From assembly GCA_963789955.1 (NCBI GenBank), contig CAWBMV010000012.1, positions 96,001 to 160,000 on the forward strand: a stretch of DNA of 64,000 nucleotides. Direction: 5' to 3'. Shown piece by piece: positions 48,593-57,807 of this stretch; position 1 is the stretch's first letter; each line of letters starts with the position of its first letter. Under the pieces are notes generated by a model. The model was not told the origin of the DNA, made no database searches, and saw only the letters and a list, made by a program, of their open reading frames with translations. The stretch is from an uncultured Candidatus Rokubacteria bacterium. Lineage in GTDB: Bacteria; Methylomirabilota; Methylomirabilia; Rokubacteriales; CSP1-6. A program made the position numbers and the translations under genes.

Positions 48593-49609
48593 ATGAGCGG
48601 GACCCGAAGTCTTGTCGTTCTGGTGGTGGTGTTCTTGCTGGTTTTCTGGTGGCTCGGGGGCGGCGTGAGCGCCGGAGTCCTGGATGTCACCTGGACGGCG
48701 CCTACAACCAATACGGATGGTTCTCCCTTGACGACTTTGGATGCGCATCGCGTTTACTATGCGTCTGGGACATCGCGCCCGTGTCCAGGGTCTGCGTTCG
48801 TCACGGTGGGCCGCTCTGGATTCAGCGACGCCATCGTGACGTATACCCTCACAGGGTTGACTGACAATACGGTCTATTACGTGTCGATCACTGCCGTGGA
48901 CACGAACGGGAATGAGAGCAGTTGCTCGACGGTAGCGTTCGCGGCCGCGCGGCCAAGTGCGCCGGGTGCGACGACGCGTGCGAACGCTGTCTCCAATGCC
49001 GCGAATGCGAATGCGGCGAATGCGCAGGCGGTGCTTGATACGGACTGGTTTAAGGGCAGGAACCGGTGGGCGCTCGACGCATATAGCGGAAACTGGAAGG
49101 GCTTTGCGAACTGGAACCAACTGGCCATCCAAGGCACGCCGGGCTTTGGGCCTGGAGTCGGTGGCGGACAGGCCAACCGTCGTGATGGGCACCCCTGGAC
49201 GGACAACCAGTGGGCGGAGATCGTCGTCGGCACTGGCTTCATCGGGACCTATGACGAACTCTTTGTCGGTCTCCGTGCTACGGACGCCGAACCTGCGGGG
49301 CGAGCTTACGGGGGAGGGTTCACCACGGAGGGGTATCAGATCCGTCGATGGGATCCAGACGGGACCTACACCGTTTTGGTCGTAGATCCTGCCGCGCATG
49401 ACGGACGCTCCGACGATGTCATCAACCTCCAGATCGTCGGTTCGACGATCACGCTGGCTGTCAGCCGGGGCGGTGCGCCCCTGGTAACGCTCTCGGCCAC
49501 GGACTCGCGGTACCGCGCCGGCGGCACACCGATGCTCTGGATCTGCTGTGGCTACCCATCGACTAAGCGGTACGGAGGATCCTGGCGGGCCGGACAAGTC
49601 ACGCCCTAA
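48593..49609 (+). CDS. Secreted protein with fibronectin type III domain and beta-sandwich (lectin-like) domain
   Basis: Signal peptide; W.AP..N.DG, LTGL..NT.YY...TAVD..GNES (FN3); Trp/Gly-rich beta C-domain; GGAGGAG RBS; atypical codon usage. Confidence 0.75.
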   Translation: MSGTRSLVVLVVVFLLVFWWLGGGVSAGVLDVTWTAPTTNTDGSPLTTLDAHRVYYASGTSRPCPGSAFVTVGRSGFSDAIVTYTLTGLTDNTVYYVSITAVDTNGNESSCSTVAFAAARPSAPGATTRANAVSNAANANAANAQAVLDTDWFKGRNRWALDAYSGNWKGFANWNQLAIQGTPGFGPGVGGGQANRRDGHPWTDNQWAEIVVGTGFIGTYDELFVGLRATDAEPAGRAYGGGFTTEGYQIRRWDPDGTYTVLVVDPAAHDGRSDDVINLQIVGSTITLAVSRGGAPLVTLSATDSRYRAGGTPMLWICCGYPSTKRYGGSWRAGQVTP

Positions 49610-49850
49610 CGGCCTTCCCGAATACGCCTCCTCGATGGCGCTGACCGACGGCGGTCGGCCATCGAGCTCGTCGGCGCTGAACTCGGCGTGGCGTCGGGTG
49701 CTCGCTAAAGCGGCAATCTGCTGCTCGGCGGCATCGATCCGTTCGGTGCGGCGCCCTTCGCGGTACTGGCGAGCTGGGGGTTGTTCGCGCTAGGCTCATC
49801 GCGCCGGCATACCTGATCCCGGCCTCAACGTGCGACTAAGGAGAGCTCCG

Positions 49851-50846
49851 ATGGATTGCTGCGCTCACGAAGGACCCGGTGGCGGAGACGCGCGGTTCGA
49901 CATCAAGAAGGTCGCCGACGGCGTCTATGCGGCGGTCGCGTCTCCCGCGTACAAGGTGAACTGCAACACCGCGATCATCGAGAACGCCGACGGGGTCATG
50001 GTCGTCGACACGCACTCGAAGCCGTCGGCGGCACAGGTGATCATCGAGCGGCTTCGCGAGATGACGAAGAAGCCGGTGCGCTACGTCGTCAACACGCACT
50101 TCCACTGGGACCACTGGCACGGCAACGAAGCCTACCCGGCGGCCTATCCCGACGCCGAGATCGTCACCAATCAGATCACGCGCGAGGCCATGGTGAAGAA
50201 GGGGCTCAAGCGAATCCAGGACCACGTGCGCCAGGTCCCGGCCGAGATCGCCAAGCTCAAGGCCGACATCCAGGCCGCGAGCCCCGCCCAGCGCGGCAAG
50301 CTCGAGGCCGATCTCAAGCTCGCCGAGTCCTACCTGGCCGAGGTGCGCGCGCTCAAGCCGGCGCTGCCCACGATCGCGTTCGAGCAGACGATGAAGCTCT
50401 ACCGTCGCGACCGCGAGATTCACCTGCTGCATCTCGGGCGCGCCCACACCGAGGGCGACGTGTTCGTCTATCTGCCGAAGGAGAAGGTCGTGATCACCGG
50501 CGACGCGATGATCGGCTGGACGCCCTACATGGGCGACGGCTATCCCGAAGACTGGGCGGGGACGCTCGATCGGCTCGCCCAGCTCGATTTCACCCACATC
50601 ATCATGGGGCACGGCGACGTGACCGGCCGGGAGTGGCTCAATGCGTTCCGAGCGTACGTCTACGACATGGTCGAGGCCGTCCGTCAGGAGGTGGCCACCG
50701 GCGCGACCCTCGACGAGGTCAAGCAGCGGGTCATCGCCAAGCTCGCGCCGCGGCATGAAAAGACATTCTCGGCGTACAACGACTATCGCCCGTGGCGCAC
50801 CGGCGCCGCCGCCAATATCGAGCGGACGTTCGCGATGGTGAGCTAG
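49851..50846 (+). CDS. MBL-fold metallo-hydrolase (paralog of 26232-27335, no signal peptide)
   Basis: AAGGAG RBS before MDCCAH; NTHFHWDH, GRAHTEGD and MGHG motifs. Confidence 0.9.
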   Translation: MDCCAHEGPGGGDARFDIKKVADGVYAAVASPAYKVNCNTAIIENADGVMVVDTHSKPSAAQVIIERLREMTKKPVRYVVNTHFHWDHWHGNEAYPAAYPDAEIVTNQITREAMVKKGLKRIQDHVRQVPAEIAKLKADIQAASPAQRGKLEADLKLAESYLAEVRALKPALPTIAFEQTMKLYRRDREIHLLHLGRAHTEGDVFVYLPKEKVVITGDAMIGWTPYMGDGYPEDWAGTLDRLAQLDFTHIIMGHGDVTGREWLNAFRAYVYDMVEAVRQEVATGATLDEVKQRVIAKLAPRHEKTFSAYNDYRPWRTGAAANIERTFAMVS

Positions 50847-51269
50847 GCGAGACGCTTGCGGAGGAAGATCCGGACGTCGTCGCCGGGCCAGCCCGGGAGG
50901 GTGCCGATCACTTCGTAGCCGAGTTTCTCGGTAGAACGTCGGCGCCTGATAGCCGTGCGTGTCGAGGTGCATCTGGTGGCAGCCGCGGCGCCGCGCCTCC
51001 GCCTCGGCCGCGGTGAGCAGGCGCGAGCCGAGGCCGTGACCGCGACGCGTCTCGTGAACCCAGATGGCCTGCACGAACCCGGTCCCGCCCCAGGTCCAGC
51101 CGTGCATGCCCGCGACGATCGTGCCGTCGCCGTCGCGCACGAAGATCGCGAGCGAGCGGCCGTCGTCGACACCGCTCGCGGCCGCGTTGAACTCGTAGAG
51201 CCGTTCGTCCAGGAGCGCGACGTCCTCGCGGCGCGGATCGTCCTCGATCCTCAGGTCGTCATCGGCCAT
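50843..51269 (-). CDS. GNAT family acetyltransferase (frameshift near 50930)
   Basis: G.TWGG, WV....RG.G.GSRLL...E.EA, LDT..YQAP.FY, then EKLGYE. Confidence 0.88.
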
Positions 51270-51288
51270 CGGCGGCGTTGCCCTGTGG

Positions 51289-53106
51289 TTACCCCGCGTG
51301 GACCGCGTCGGCCTCGAGCTCGAGCGCGCGGATCGTCTCGGTCGTCGGGACGCCGGTGGCCGGATCCCAGCCCTGCTCGACGTAGTAGTCGGTGACGACC
51401 TTGTCCTGCTGCTCGCGGGTGAGGCCGGCGTGCTTGGGCAGGGGATCGCTGAAGCGCGCGGGCAGGCGGTCGTCGGCGCGCGTCATCCCTTCGCGCAGAT
51501 TGAAAAGGCGCGCGAGCGTGAGCCCGCGATGGGCCATCGTCACCATCTCCTCGGGCGTGATGTCCCAGCCGGTGACCGTCTTGAGGATCTGAAGCGACTG
51601 ATCGTCCTCGTAGGCGAGGAAGTGGCACAGCCCGATCTGATTGCGCAGGCCGTTGCGATTGCTGGTCTGACGCATGTGGTCGCCGCCGGTCGGCGCCAGG
51701 AGATACGACGCGCGCATGACCGGCATGTGACGCGGGTCGTGCATCGCCATCTCCATGCCCTTCACCGTCGTCAGGAGTGCTTCGGAGCCGCGGCCGAGCC
51801 GCTGCGCGGCGCGCTGTGAGCCTTCGGCCAGCAGATCGCCGATGCCTTGCCGATACGCGATCATCTCGACCAGCTTGATGACGCCGTCCGCGTCGTGGAA
51901 GCGGAGTGGTATGCCTCCGGTGTCGTCGAGTGTGAGAATGCCTTTCTCGAAGCATTCCATCGCCCACGCCAGCGTGGCGCCGAGCGACACGGTGTCCATG
52001 GCGAGGTAGTTACACATCTCGTTCGATTTGCAGATAGCGATCAGGTCTTCGAGGCCCAGATTGACGCCCAGGGCGGCCAGCGACTCGTACTCCGGCCCGC
52101 CGTATCGCGGATCGACGCTGTAGCGCCCGAGGGGATCGAACGCCACGCGCGCTCGACCTTTGTAGACATTTTCGGCCGCCGCGCGAGCCGCCTCTTCCTT
52201 CTCCTCGATGTGGACGACCTTCTTGCATCGCACGGAGCACGCGTAACACGCGCCCATCTTGACGCGCACCTGATCGCGCACGGCGATCGCGTCCACCTTG
52301 GCGATGGTGTCGGCGGCCCCCAGGCGATAGTTGAGGACGGGCATCCCGCCCTCGAGGCTCTTGCCCTGCATCGCGGCGCCGGTCCCGAACTCGTGAAAGG
52401 CCCGGTGCTTCTCGTCCATGGTGCCGGACACCCACTTGGCGATCGCCAGAAGCCCGGGCTGATCCGCGATCTTCACCGGGATCTTGCCGCGGACGGCGAT
52501 GGCCTTGAGCCGCTTCGACCCCATCACGGCGCCCATGCCGGTGCGGCCCGCGACCTCGTTCAGTTCGTTGGCGATGCAGGCGAAGCGCACGAGGTTCTCA
52601 CCGGCCGGACCGATCTGCGCGATGCGGATGCGCGGATCGCCGAGCTCGGCGAGAATCGCGTCCTCGACCTCGCCGGTGATCTTGCCCCAGAGATGTGCGG
52701 CGTCGCGGAACTCGACCGCGCCGTCGCTGATCCAGAGATAGACCGGAGTAGGGGAGACGCCGTGGAAGACGATCGCGTCCCAGCCGGCGCGCTTCAGCTC
52801 GGCACCCCAGTACCCGCCCGATTCCGATTCGCCGAAGCCGCCGGTCAGGGGCGACTTGGCGCCGACGCTGTGGCGTCCGGCGCCGGGCACGGGCGCGCCG
52901 GTGAGGACTCCGGGGGCGATCACCAGAATGTTGTCGGGCCCGAGCGGGTCCGCTCCCTTCGGCACGTACTTCAGGAGATAGTGCGCGATGAGCCCGCGTC
53001 CGCCGGCGTATCGGCGGAAGAATGGGTCGCCCGGCTCTTCGATCCAGGTGGTGCGATCGGAGAGATTCACGTGCAGGATCTTGTTCCAGTAGCCGTAGCG
53101 TTCCAT
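51289..53106 (-). CDS. Aldehyde:ferredoxin oxidoreductase family (tungstopterin) protein
   Basis: KSPLTGG, IGPAGE, GRTGMGAVMGSK.LKAI, CYACSVRC, GPEYES, GLC.F and DD.LP.RF motifs. Confidence 0.92.
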   Translation of the reverse strand: MERYGYWNKILHVNLSDRTTWIEEPGDPFFRRYAGGRGLIAHYLLKYVPKGADPLGPDNILVIAPGVLTGAPVPGAGRHSVGAKSPLTGGFGESESGGYWGAELKRAGWDAIVFHGVSPTPVYLWISDGAVEFRDAAHLWGKITGEVEDAILAELGDPRIRIAQIGPAGENLVRFACIANELNEVAGRTGMGAVMGSKRLKAIAVRGKIPVKIADQPGLLAIAKWVSGTMDEKHRAFHEFGTGAAMQGKSLEGGMPVLNYRLGAADTIAKVDAIAVRDQVRVKMGACYACSVRCKKVVHIEEKEEAARAAAENVYKGRARVAFDPLGRYSVDPRYGGPEYESLAALGVNLGLEDLIAICKSNEMCNYLAMDTVSLGATLAWAMECFEKGILTLDDTGGIPLRFHDADGVIKLVEMIAYRQGIGDLLAEGSQRAAQRLGRGSEALLTTVKGMEMAMHDPRHMPVMRASYLLAPTGGDHMRQTSNRNGLRNQIGLCHFLAYEDDQSLQILKTVTGWDITPEEMVTMAHRGLTLARLFNLREGMTRADDRLPARFSDPLPKHAGLTREQQDKVVTDYYVEQGWDPATGVPTTETIRALELEADAVHAG

Positions 53107-53479
53107 CAAGCGGCTCCCCCTTTATCTTCGTGGTCGCCTCGCCGGGCGCGGCTGCGGCTCCCCCTTCCATCGGCGTGGTCGCCTCGCCGGCGGCGGCTGC
53201 GGCTCCCCCTTCCATCGGACTCAAGAGCATGATCTCGGCGCCTTCGTGTAACGAAGTGTCCCGGGCCGCCTGCTCACCGTTGACCGCGATCGTCAGATCG
53301 GCAGCGGGCGGGACGCCGATCACTGCGAGCAGGTCGTCGACGGTGGCGTGCTCGCGCACGGTGTAGCGCAGCGGCCCGTCGGAGCCGCGCGGTAAGAACC
53401 GGCGGAGGTCGGCGAAGAACGTGACCATCACGGTGATGGTCTGCGTCCCCGCACTCGTCGAGTCTCGAGGCCCGGTCAT
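53106..53479 (-). CDS. MoaD/ThiS ubiquitin-like protein with repeated C-terminal extension
   Basis: V.FFADLRR, ATV.DLL, VNG....D..L..G..I.LL.PMEGG. There is no stop after GG; the probable stop is TGA 53108-53106 after a 1-nt indel. Confidence 0.8.
53109..53218 (-). repeat. 45-bp tandem repeat (about 2.4 copies)
   Basis: Unit CCGATGGAAGGGGGAGCCGCAGCCGC(C/G)(G/C)CCGGCGAGGCGACCACG; copies start at 53218, 53173 and 53128. Confidence 0.9.
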
Positions 53480-53548
53480 GACAATTCAGCTGGAGTATAC
53501 TGCGCGTCGTCGGTTGCTACGGACCGAAGTTCGAGAGGAGATTGCGCG

Positions 53549-54325
53549 ATGGGACTTGGTTTCGCGGTATTCGCCGGAACGTCCCCCGAGGTCATCCGCG
53601 CCTCGGCGAAGGAAGCCGAACGGCTCGGGTACACCTCGTTCTGGGTCAATCATCCCGGCCCGACCGACGGGCTCGCGGCGCTCGCGCATGCGGCGCGTGA
53701 GACGCAGCGTATCGAGCTCGGCATCGGCGTGATCCCGCTCCACACGCGCGGACCGGAGAGCATCGTCCAGGGCGTGAAGACGACGGGGCTTCCGCTCGAT
53801 CGGCTGCTCCTCGGAGTCGGCAGCCCGAATCCCGAGGCGCTCAAGCGCGTGCGCGCCGGCATCGGCGAGCTGCGGCGCCAGCTCTCGACGCGGCTCATCG
53901 TCGCGGCGCTCGGTCCCCAGATGTGCCGGCTCGCCGGCGAGGTTGCCGACGGCGTGCTCTTCAACTGGCTCACGCCCGAGTACGCGCGTCGGTCCGCCGA
54001 GCTGGTGCGTGAGGGCGCGACCGCCGCGAAACGGAAAACGCCGAGACTCTGCGCCTACCTGCGCGTCGCGCTGGGCCCCGGAGCCAGCGAGCGGCTCCAG
54101 GAAGAAGGCAAGCGCTACGCGTCGGTACCCGCCTATGGCGCCAACTTCGATCGCATGGGCCTGAAGCCCGTGGAGACCGCGATCGCCGCCGAGAGCCCGG
54201 AGGCGATCAAGCGCGGTCTCGCGGCGTGGCAGGGCGCGGTGGACGAGGTCGTCATCCGCGCGATCACCGCGAAGGACACGGTCGAGGACCACCTCGCCCT
54301 CGTACGCGCCGCCGCGCCCGCGTAA
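53549..54325 (+). CDS. LLM class oxidoreductase (short form)
   Basis: AE.LGY.SFWVN, ELGIGVIP and AALGP.M..LAGE.ADGV..NW motifs. Confidence 0.9.
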   Translation: MGLGFAVFAGTSPEVIRASAKEAERLGYTSFWVNHPGPTDGLAALAHAARETQRIELGIGVIPLHTRGPESIVQGVKTTGLPLDRLLLGVGSPNPEALKRVRAGIGELRRQLSTRLIVAALGPQMCRLAGEVADGVLFNWLTPEYARRSAELVREGATAAKRKTPRLCAYLRVALGPGASERLQEEGKRYASVPAYGANFDRMGLKPVETAIAAESPEAIKRGLAAWQGAVDEVVIRAITAKDTVEDHLALVRAAAPA

Positions 54326-54343
54326 CGTCTCGAGCGCGCTCGA

Positions 54344-55453
54344 CTAGTCGACGCGGTAGCGCCGGATCAGGCCCTCGTCCAGGACGATCCCGAAGCCGGG
54401 ACCCTGGGCGACGTCCATCATCCCGTCCTTGATCGACGGCCGATTCGCCCACATGGTCTGCCATACCGGATCGCGTTCGGGATCGGCGAAGCACTCGGCA
54501 TAGGTGCCATGCGGCACCGCCGCCAGCAGGTGCTGCGAGATCTGCGACTCCTCGTGATGCGCCATCTGGAGCCCCGCCACGCCGCAGAGCGCGGCGGCGC
54601 GGCGCCACTCGGTGACGCCGCCGCACTCGGAGGCGTCGACGTTGACCAGATCGACCGCGCCGGCGTCGACCAACCGGCGCACGCCGTGGCTCGTGATCTC
54701 CGACTGGCCGGCGGTCACGGGGATTCGAGTCGCCTGCCGGACGCGCGCCATCAGCGCCGCGTCGTCGTACCAGTGGCACGGCTCCTCGAACCACCGGATA
54801 TCGAGCGGCTCGATGAGGCGCGAGAAGCGGATCGCATCGTCGGCCGACCAGCCGCGATTGGCGTCCACGGCCAGGACGAAGTCGGGACCCGCGGCCTTGC
54901 GCGCGGCGTCGACACGCTTCGCGTCGTCCTCGGGCGTGAGGCCGCCGACCTTGAACTTGCATCCGGCCATGCCGGCGCGCCGGTAGGCTTCCATCTCGCG
55001 CCCGATGTCGGCGAGCGTCTTGCCTTCCATGTAGTAGCCGCCGATCGAGATGATCGGCAGCCGGGAGCGGTAGCCGCCGAGCAGGGCGCACACGCTCTTG
55101 CCCAACGCCTTGCCGACGAGATCCCAGAGCGCGCAATCGACGCAGGCGATCGCCTCGAGCAGCACTTTGCGGTCACGGCTCAGATGGCTGGTCGCGAACA
55201 GCCGCTCCCAGACGCGCTCACCTTCGAAGATGCTCATGCCGCGGGCGAGGGGGGCGAGCGTGTCGCGGATCAGCCGCACGATCTCGCGCCCGTGCTCGCG
55301 GTTGTCACCGTTGTAGACCTCGCTGACCAGGCCGGTATCGGTCCGCATGCGCGTCACCACCGTGCAGCGAGTGAGCACGGTGTAGGTGCTGCCGCCGAAG
55401 TTCTTCTTGAGCGGGATCTCGATCGGAATCGCTTCGATGCTCTCGATGCGCAT
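54344..55453 (-). CDS. Mandelate racemase/muconate lactonizing enzyme family protein
   Basis: True start MRIESIEAI; D.ALWDL.GK, KFKVG, VDAN, WFEEP and GQSE motifs. Confidence 0.92.
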   Translation of the reverse strand: MRIESIEAIPIEIPLKKNFGGSTYTVLTRCTVVTRMRTDTGLVSEVYNGDNREHGREIVRLIRDTLAPLARGMSIFEGERVWERLFATSHLSRDRKVLLEAIACVDCALWDLVGKALGKSVCALLGGYRSRLPIISIGGYYMEGKTLADIGREMEAYRRAGMAGCKFKVGGLTPEDDAKRVDAARKAAGPDFVLAVDANRGWSADDAIRFSRLIEPLDIRWFEEPCHWYDDAALMARVRQATRIPVTAGQSEITSHGVRRLVDAGAVDLVNVDASECGGVTEWRRAAALCGVAGLQMAHHEESQISQHLLAAVPHGTYAECFADPERDPVWQTMWANRPSIKDGMMDVAQGPGFGIVLDEGLIRRYRVD

Positions 55454-55470
55454 GGTCGATCGCCCGCCGG

Positions 55471-56352
55471 CTAGACGGCCGGGCGTACCTCCTTGGTCAA
55501 ACGCTCCATCGCGCGCGTCATGCCGGCGATGTCGCCGCGCGGCAGATCGAACGTCATCCACTCGCAGCCGAGCGAGCGAACCCGGCGAATGTCGCCGGCC
55601 ACCTCGTCGACGGAGCCCTCGAACGCGCCGCGGCCGCTGCCTTTCGCTCGATCGGCGAGCGCCAGCATGTTTCTCGGCGCGACGCCGACCGTACGGCCGG
55701 CCTTGGCGGCCAGATCTCGGACCGTCGCGATCCCCTTTTCGATATCGGCGAGGCTCAGGGCCAGGGGATGCCAGGCATCGCCGAGCAACGCGACGCGGCG
55801 GAGCGCCGGTGACGAGATCGCGCCGGGCAGCCCGCCGACCCAGATCGGCGGGTGCGGAGTCTGGGCCGGCCGCGGCGCGAAGGTCGCGCCCGAAAAGTTC
55901 AGGTACTTGCCGGCGAAGGACGGCTGGTCGGCGCTCCACGCGGCCTTGATCACGCGGAGGTATTCGTCGGTCTGCGCACCCCGCTGGTGGAAGGGGAGCC
56001 CGAGGTTACGGAACTCTTCTTCGTCCCAGCCGACTCCGACGCCGAAGATGAACCGGCCGCCCGAAGCCTGGTCGACCGTCGCGGCGGCCTTGGCCGTGAC
56101 GAGCGGGTTCCGGTACGGCAGCACGATGACGCTCGCCCCGACGTGGATCCGCTGGGTGCGGCCGGCGATGAAGGCCAGGAGCGAGAACGGATCGGGCCAG
56201 TTCGGGCCGTAGTGCTGCGTGGTCGCCGGCGGAGCCAGGATGTGGTCGGGCACGAACACGCCGTCGAGCCCGAGATCTTCGGCCCTCAGCGCGAGGGTCT
56301 CAGCGTCACGCACCGACAGTTGCCAGATCGGAAGGATCACGCCGTATTTCAT
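55471..56352 (-). CDS. LLM class (putative F420-dependent) oxidoreductase
   Basis: VPDH, DQ.SGGR...GVGVGW..EEF and [13 protein letters not shown] motifs. Confidence 0.9.
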   Translation of the reverse strand: MKYGVILPIWQLSVRDAETLALRAEDLGLDGVFVPDHILAPPATTQHYGPNWPDPFSLLAFIAGRTQRIHVGASVIVLPYRNPLVTAKAAATVDQASGGRFIFGVGVGWDEEEFRNLGLPFHQRGAQTDEYLRVIKAAWSADQPSFAGKYLNFSGATFAPRPAQTPHPPIWVGGLPGAISSPALRRVALLGDAWHPLALSLADIEKGIATVRDLAAKAGRTVGVAPRNMLALADRAKGSGRGAFEGSVDEVAGDIRRVRSLGCEWMTFDLPRGDIAGMTRAMERLTKEVRPAV

Positions 56353-56455
56353 GGCCGCCTCCTTGGGCCGCTACTCTCCCACGCGAGCCGAGGGGATGGC
56401 AACCGCGCGGTCAGGCGGGCGTGCTAGGCTCTGCAATCGTCACGCGGGAGGATCT

Positions 56456-56548
56456 GTGGCGAAGGGTCTCGACGCGCTGTTGGCCGAGCTCGAGCAGTTC
56501 GGCAAAACCAACGACGGCTCCAGCACCGAGCGGCCGCGCCGGATGCTG
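56456..56548 (+). pseudogene. 5' fragment of a probable O-methyltransferase
   Basis: GGAGG RBS plus GTG; the 31-codon [28 protein letters not shown] segment resembles an O-methyltransferase N-terminus and then ends abruptly. Confidence 0.55.
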
Positions 56549-57437
56549 GAACGATCACACCAAGGACGTCGACACGCTCGCCGGCCGGCTCAAGGACACC
56601 GAGGCCCTGGTGCTGATCCGCGAGCGCACGCCGATCCGGGCGCCGCTGCTCGAGCGCCTCGACCAGCTCAAGCTGATCAGCCAGGCGGGCGTGTTTCCTC
56701 ATATCGACGTCGAGGCGTGCACGCGGCGCGGCGTGCTCGTGTGCTCGCACACCGGCCCCGGCCGGCCGTCGTACGCGACGGCCGAGCTCACGTGGGGGCT
56801 CGTCATCGCGGCGTTCCGGCGCATCCCGCAAGAGATGATCGCGCTGAGAGCCGGCAAGTGGCAGGCCTATCCGATCGGCATCGGCCTGCGCGGCAAGACG
56901 CTCGGGATCTACGGCTACGGCAAGATCGGCGCGGTGGTCGCCGGCTACGGCAAGGCGTTCGGCATGAACGTGCTCGCATGGGGTCGCGAGAACTCGGTGA
57001 CCCAGGCGCGCGCCGACGGGTTCACGGTCGCCGCGAGCAAGGAGGCCCTGTTCGCCGAGTCGGACGTGCTGTCGCTGCACCTGCGGCTGATCCCCGCCAC
57101 GCGCGGCATCGTCACCGCCGCCGACCTGGCGCGGATGAAGCCGACCGCGCTGATCGTCAACACGAGCCGCGCCGGGCTGGTCGCGCCGGGCGCGCTCGAG
57201 GCGGCGCTTCGCGCCGGGCGTCCGGGCATGGCCGCCGTCGACGTCTACGAGGAGGAGCCGGTGCTCGGCGGCAAGCATCCGCTCCTGTCGATGGACAACG
57301 TGATCTGCGCGCCACACCTCGGCTACGTCGAGCGCGACGGGCTCGAGCACATGTTCGCCGGCATCTTCGATCAGATCCTCGGGTTCGCGAGCGGCAAGCC
57401 GATCAACGTCCAGAATCCCGAGGCGCTGAAGCGCTGA
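56547..57437 (+). pseudogene. D-2-hydroxyacid dehydrogenase lacking its N-terminus
   Basis: Begins mid-domain at WNDHTKD; LIRERT, GYGKIG, VNTSRA and PHLGYVE motifs; no own start or RBS. Confidence 0.8.
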
Positions 57438-57441
57438 TCGG

Positions 57442-57807
57442 CTACTTGTCCAGCCACACCTCCTGCATCCGGGCGTAGTTGTAGATGACGTGATGCGGGA
57501 CGAGGTTTTTCACGTAGGGCCACTGCACGAAGTAGCCGAAGCGCCAGCCCAGGATCGGCTTGGCCACGTCCGCCTCGAGACGCTGCTGGATCTGGATCAC
57601 CAGCGCGAGCCGCTTCTTGGGATCGATCTCGCGTGACTGCCGATCGATGAGGTCGTCGACCTCGGGGTTGCAGTACTCGCTATAGTTGCGCGTCGACCCG
57701 CACTTGTAGTTCTCGTAGAAGAACGCGTCGGGATCGTCGAGGCCGACGGCGGTGAGGTTGGCGGCGATCGTGTAGTCGCGACGGGTCAGCGCCGGATACC
57801 AGACGGG
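57442..57807 (-). pseudogene. C-terminal fragment of a family 5 ABC substrate-binding protein (absent from the ORF track)
   Basis: PVWYPALTRRDYTIAANLTAVGLDDPDAFFYENYKCGSTRNYSEYCNPEVD...MQEVWLDK*; no start codon. Confidence 0.8.

Noticed and set aside
49599..49799. Small minus-strand ORF between the FN3 and MBL genes
   Set aside because: No recognisable motif or clear RBS, and the coding frame is ambiguous.
53109..53218. Tandem repeat as a mini CRISPR array
   Set aside because: The units are contiguous with no unique spacers, lie in frame within a CDS, and no cas genes are present.
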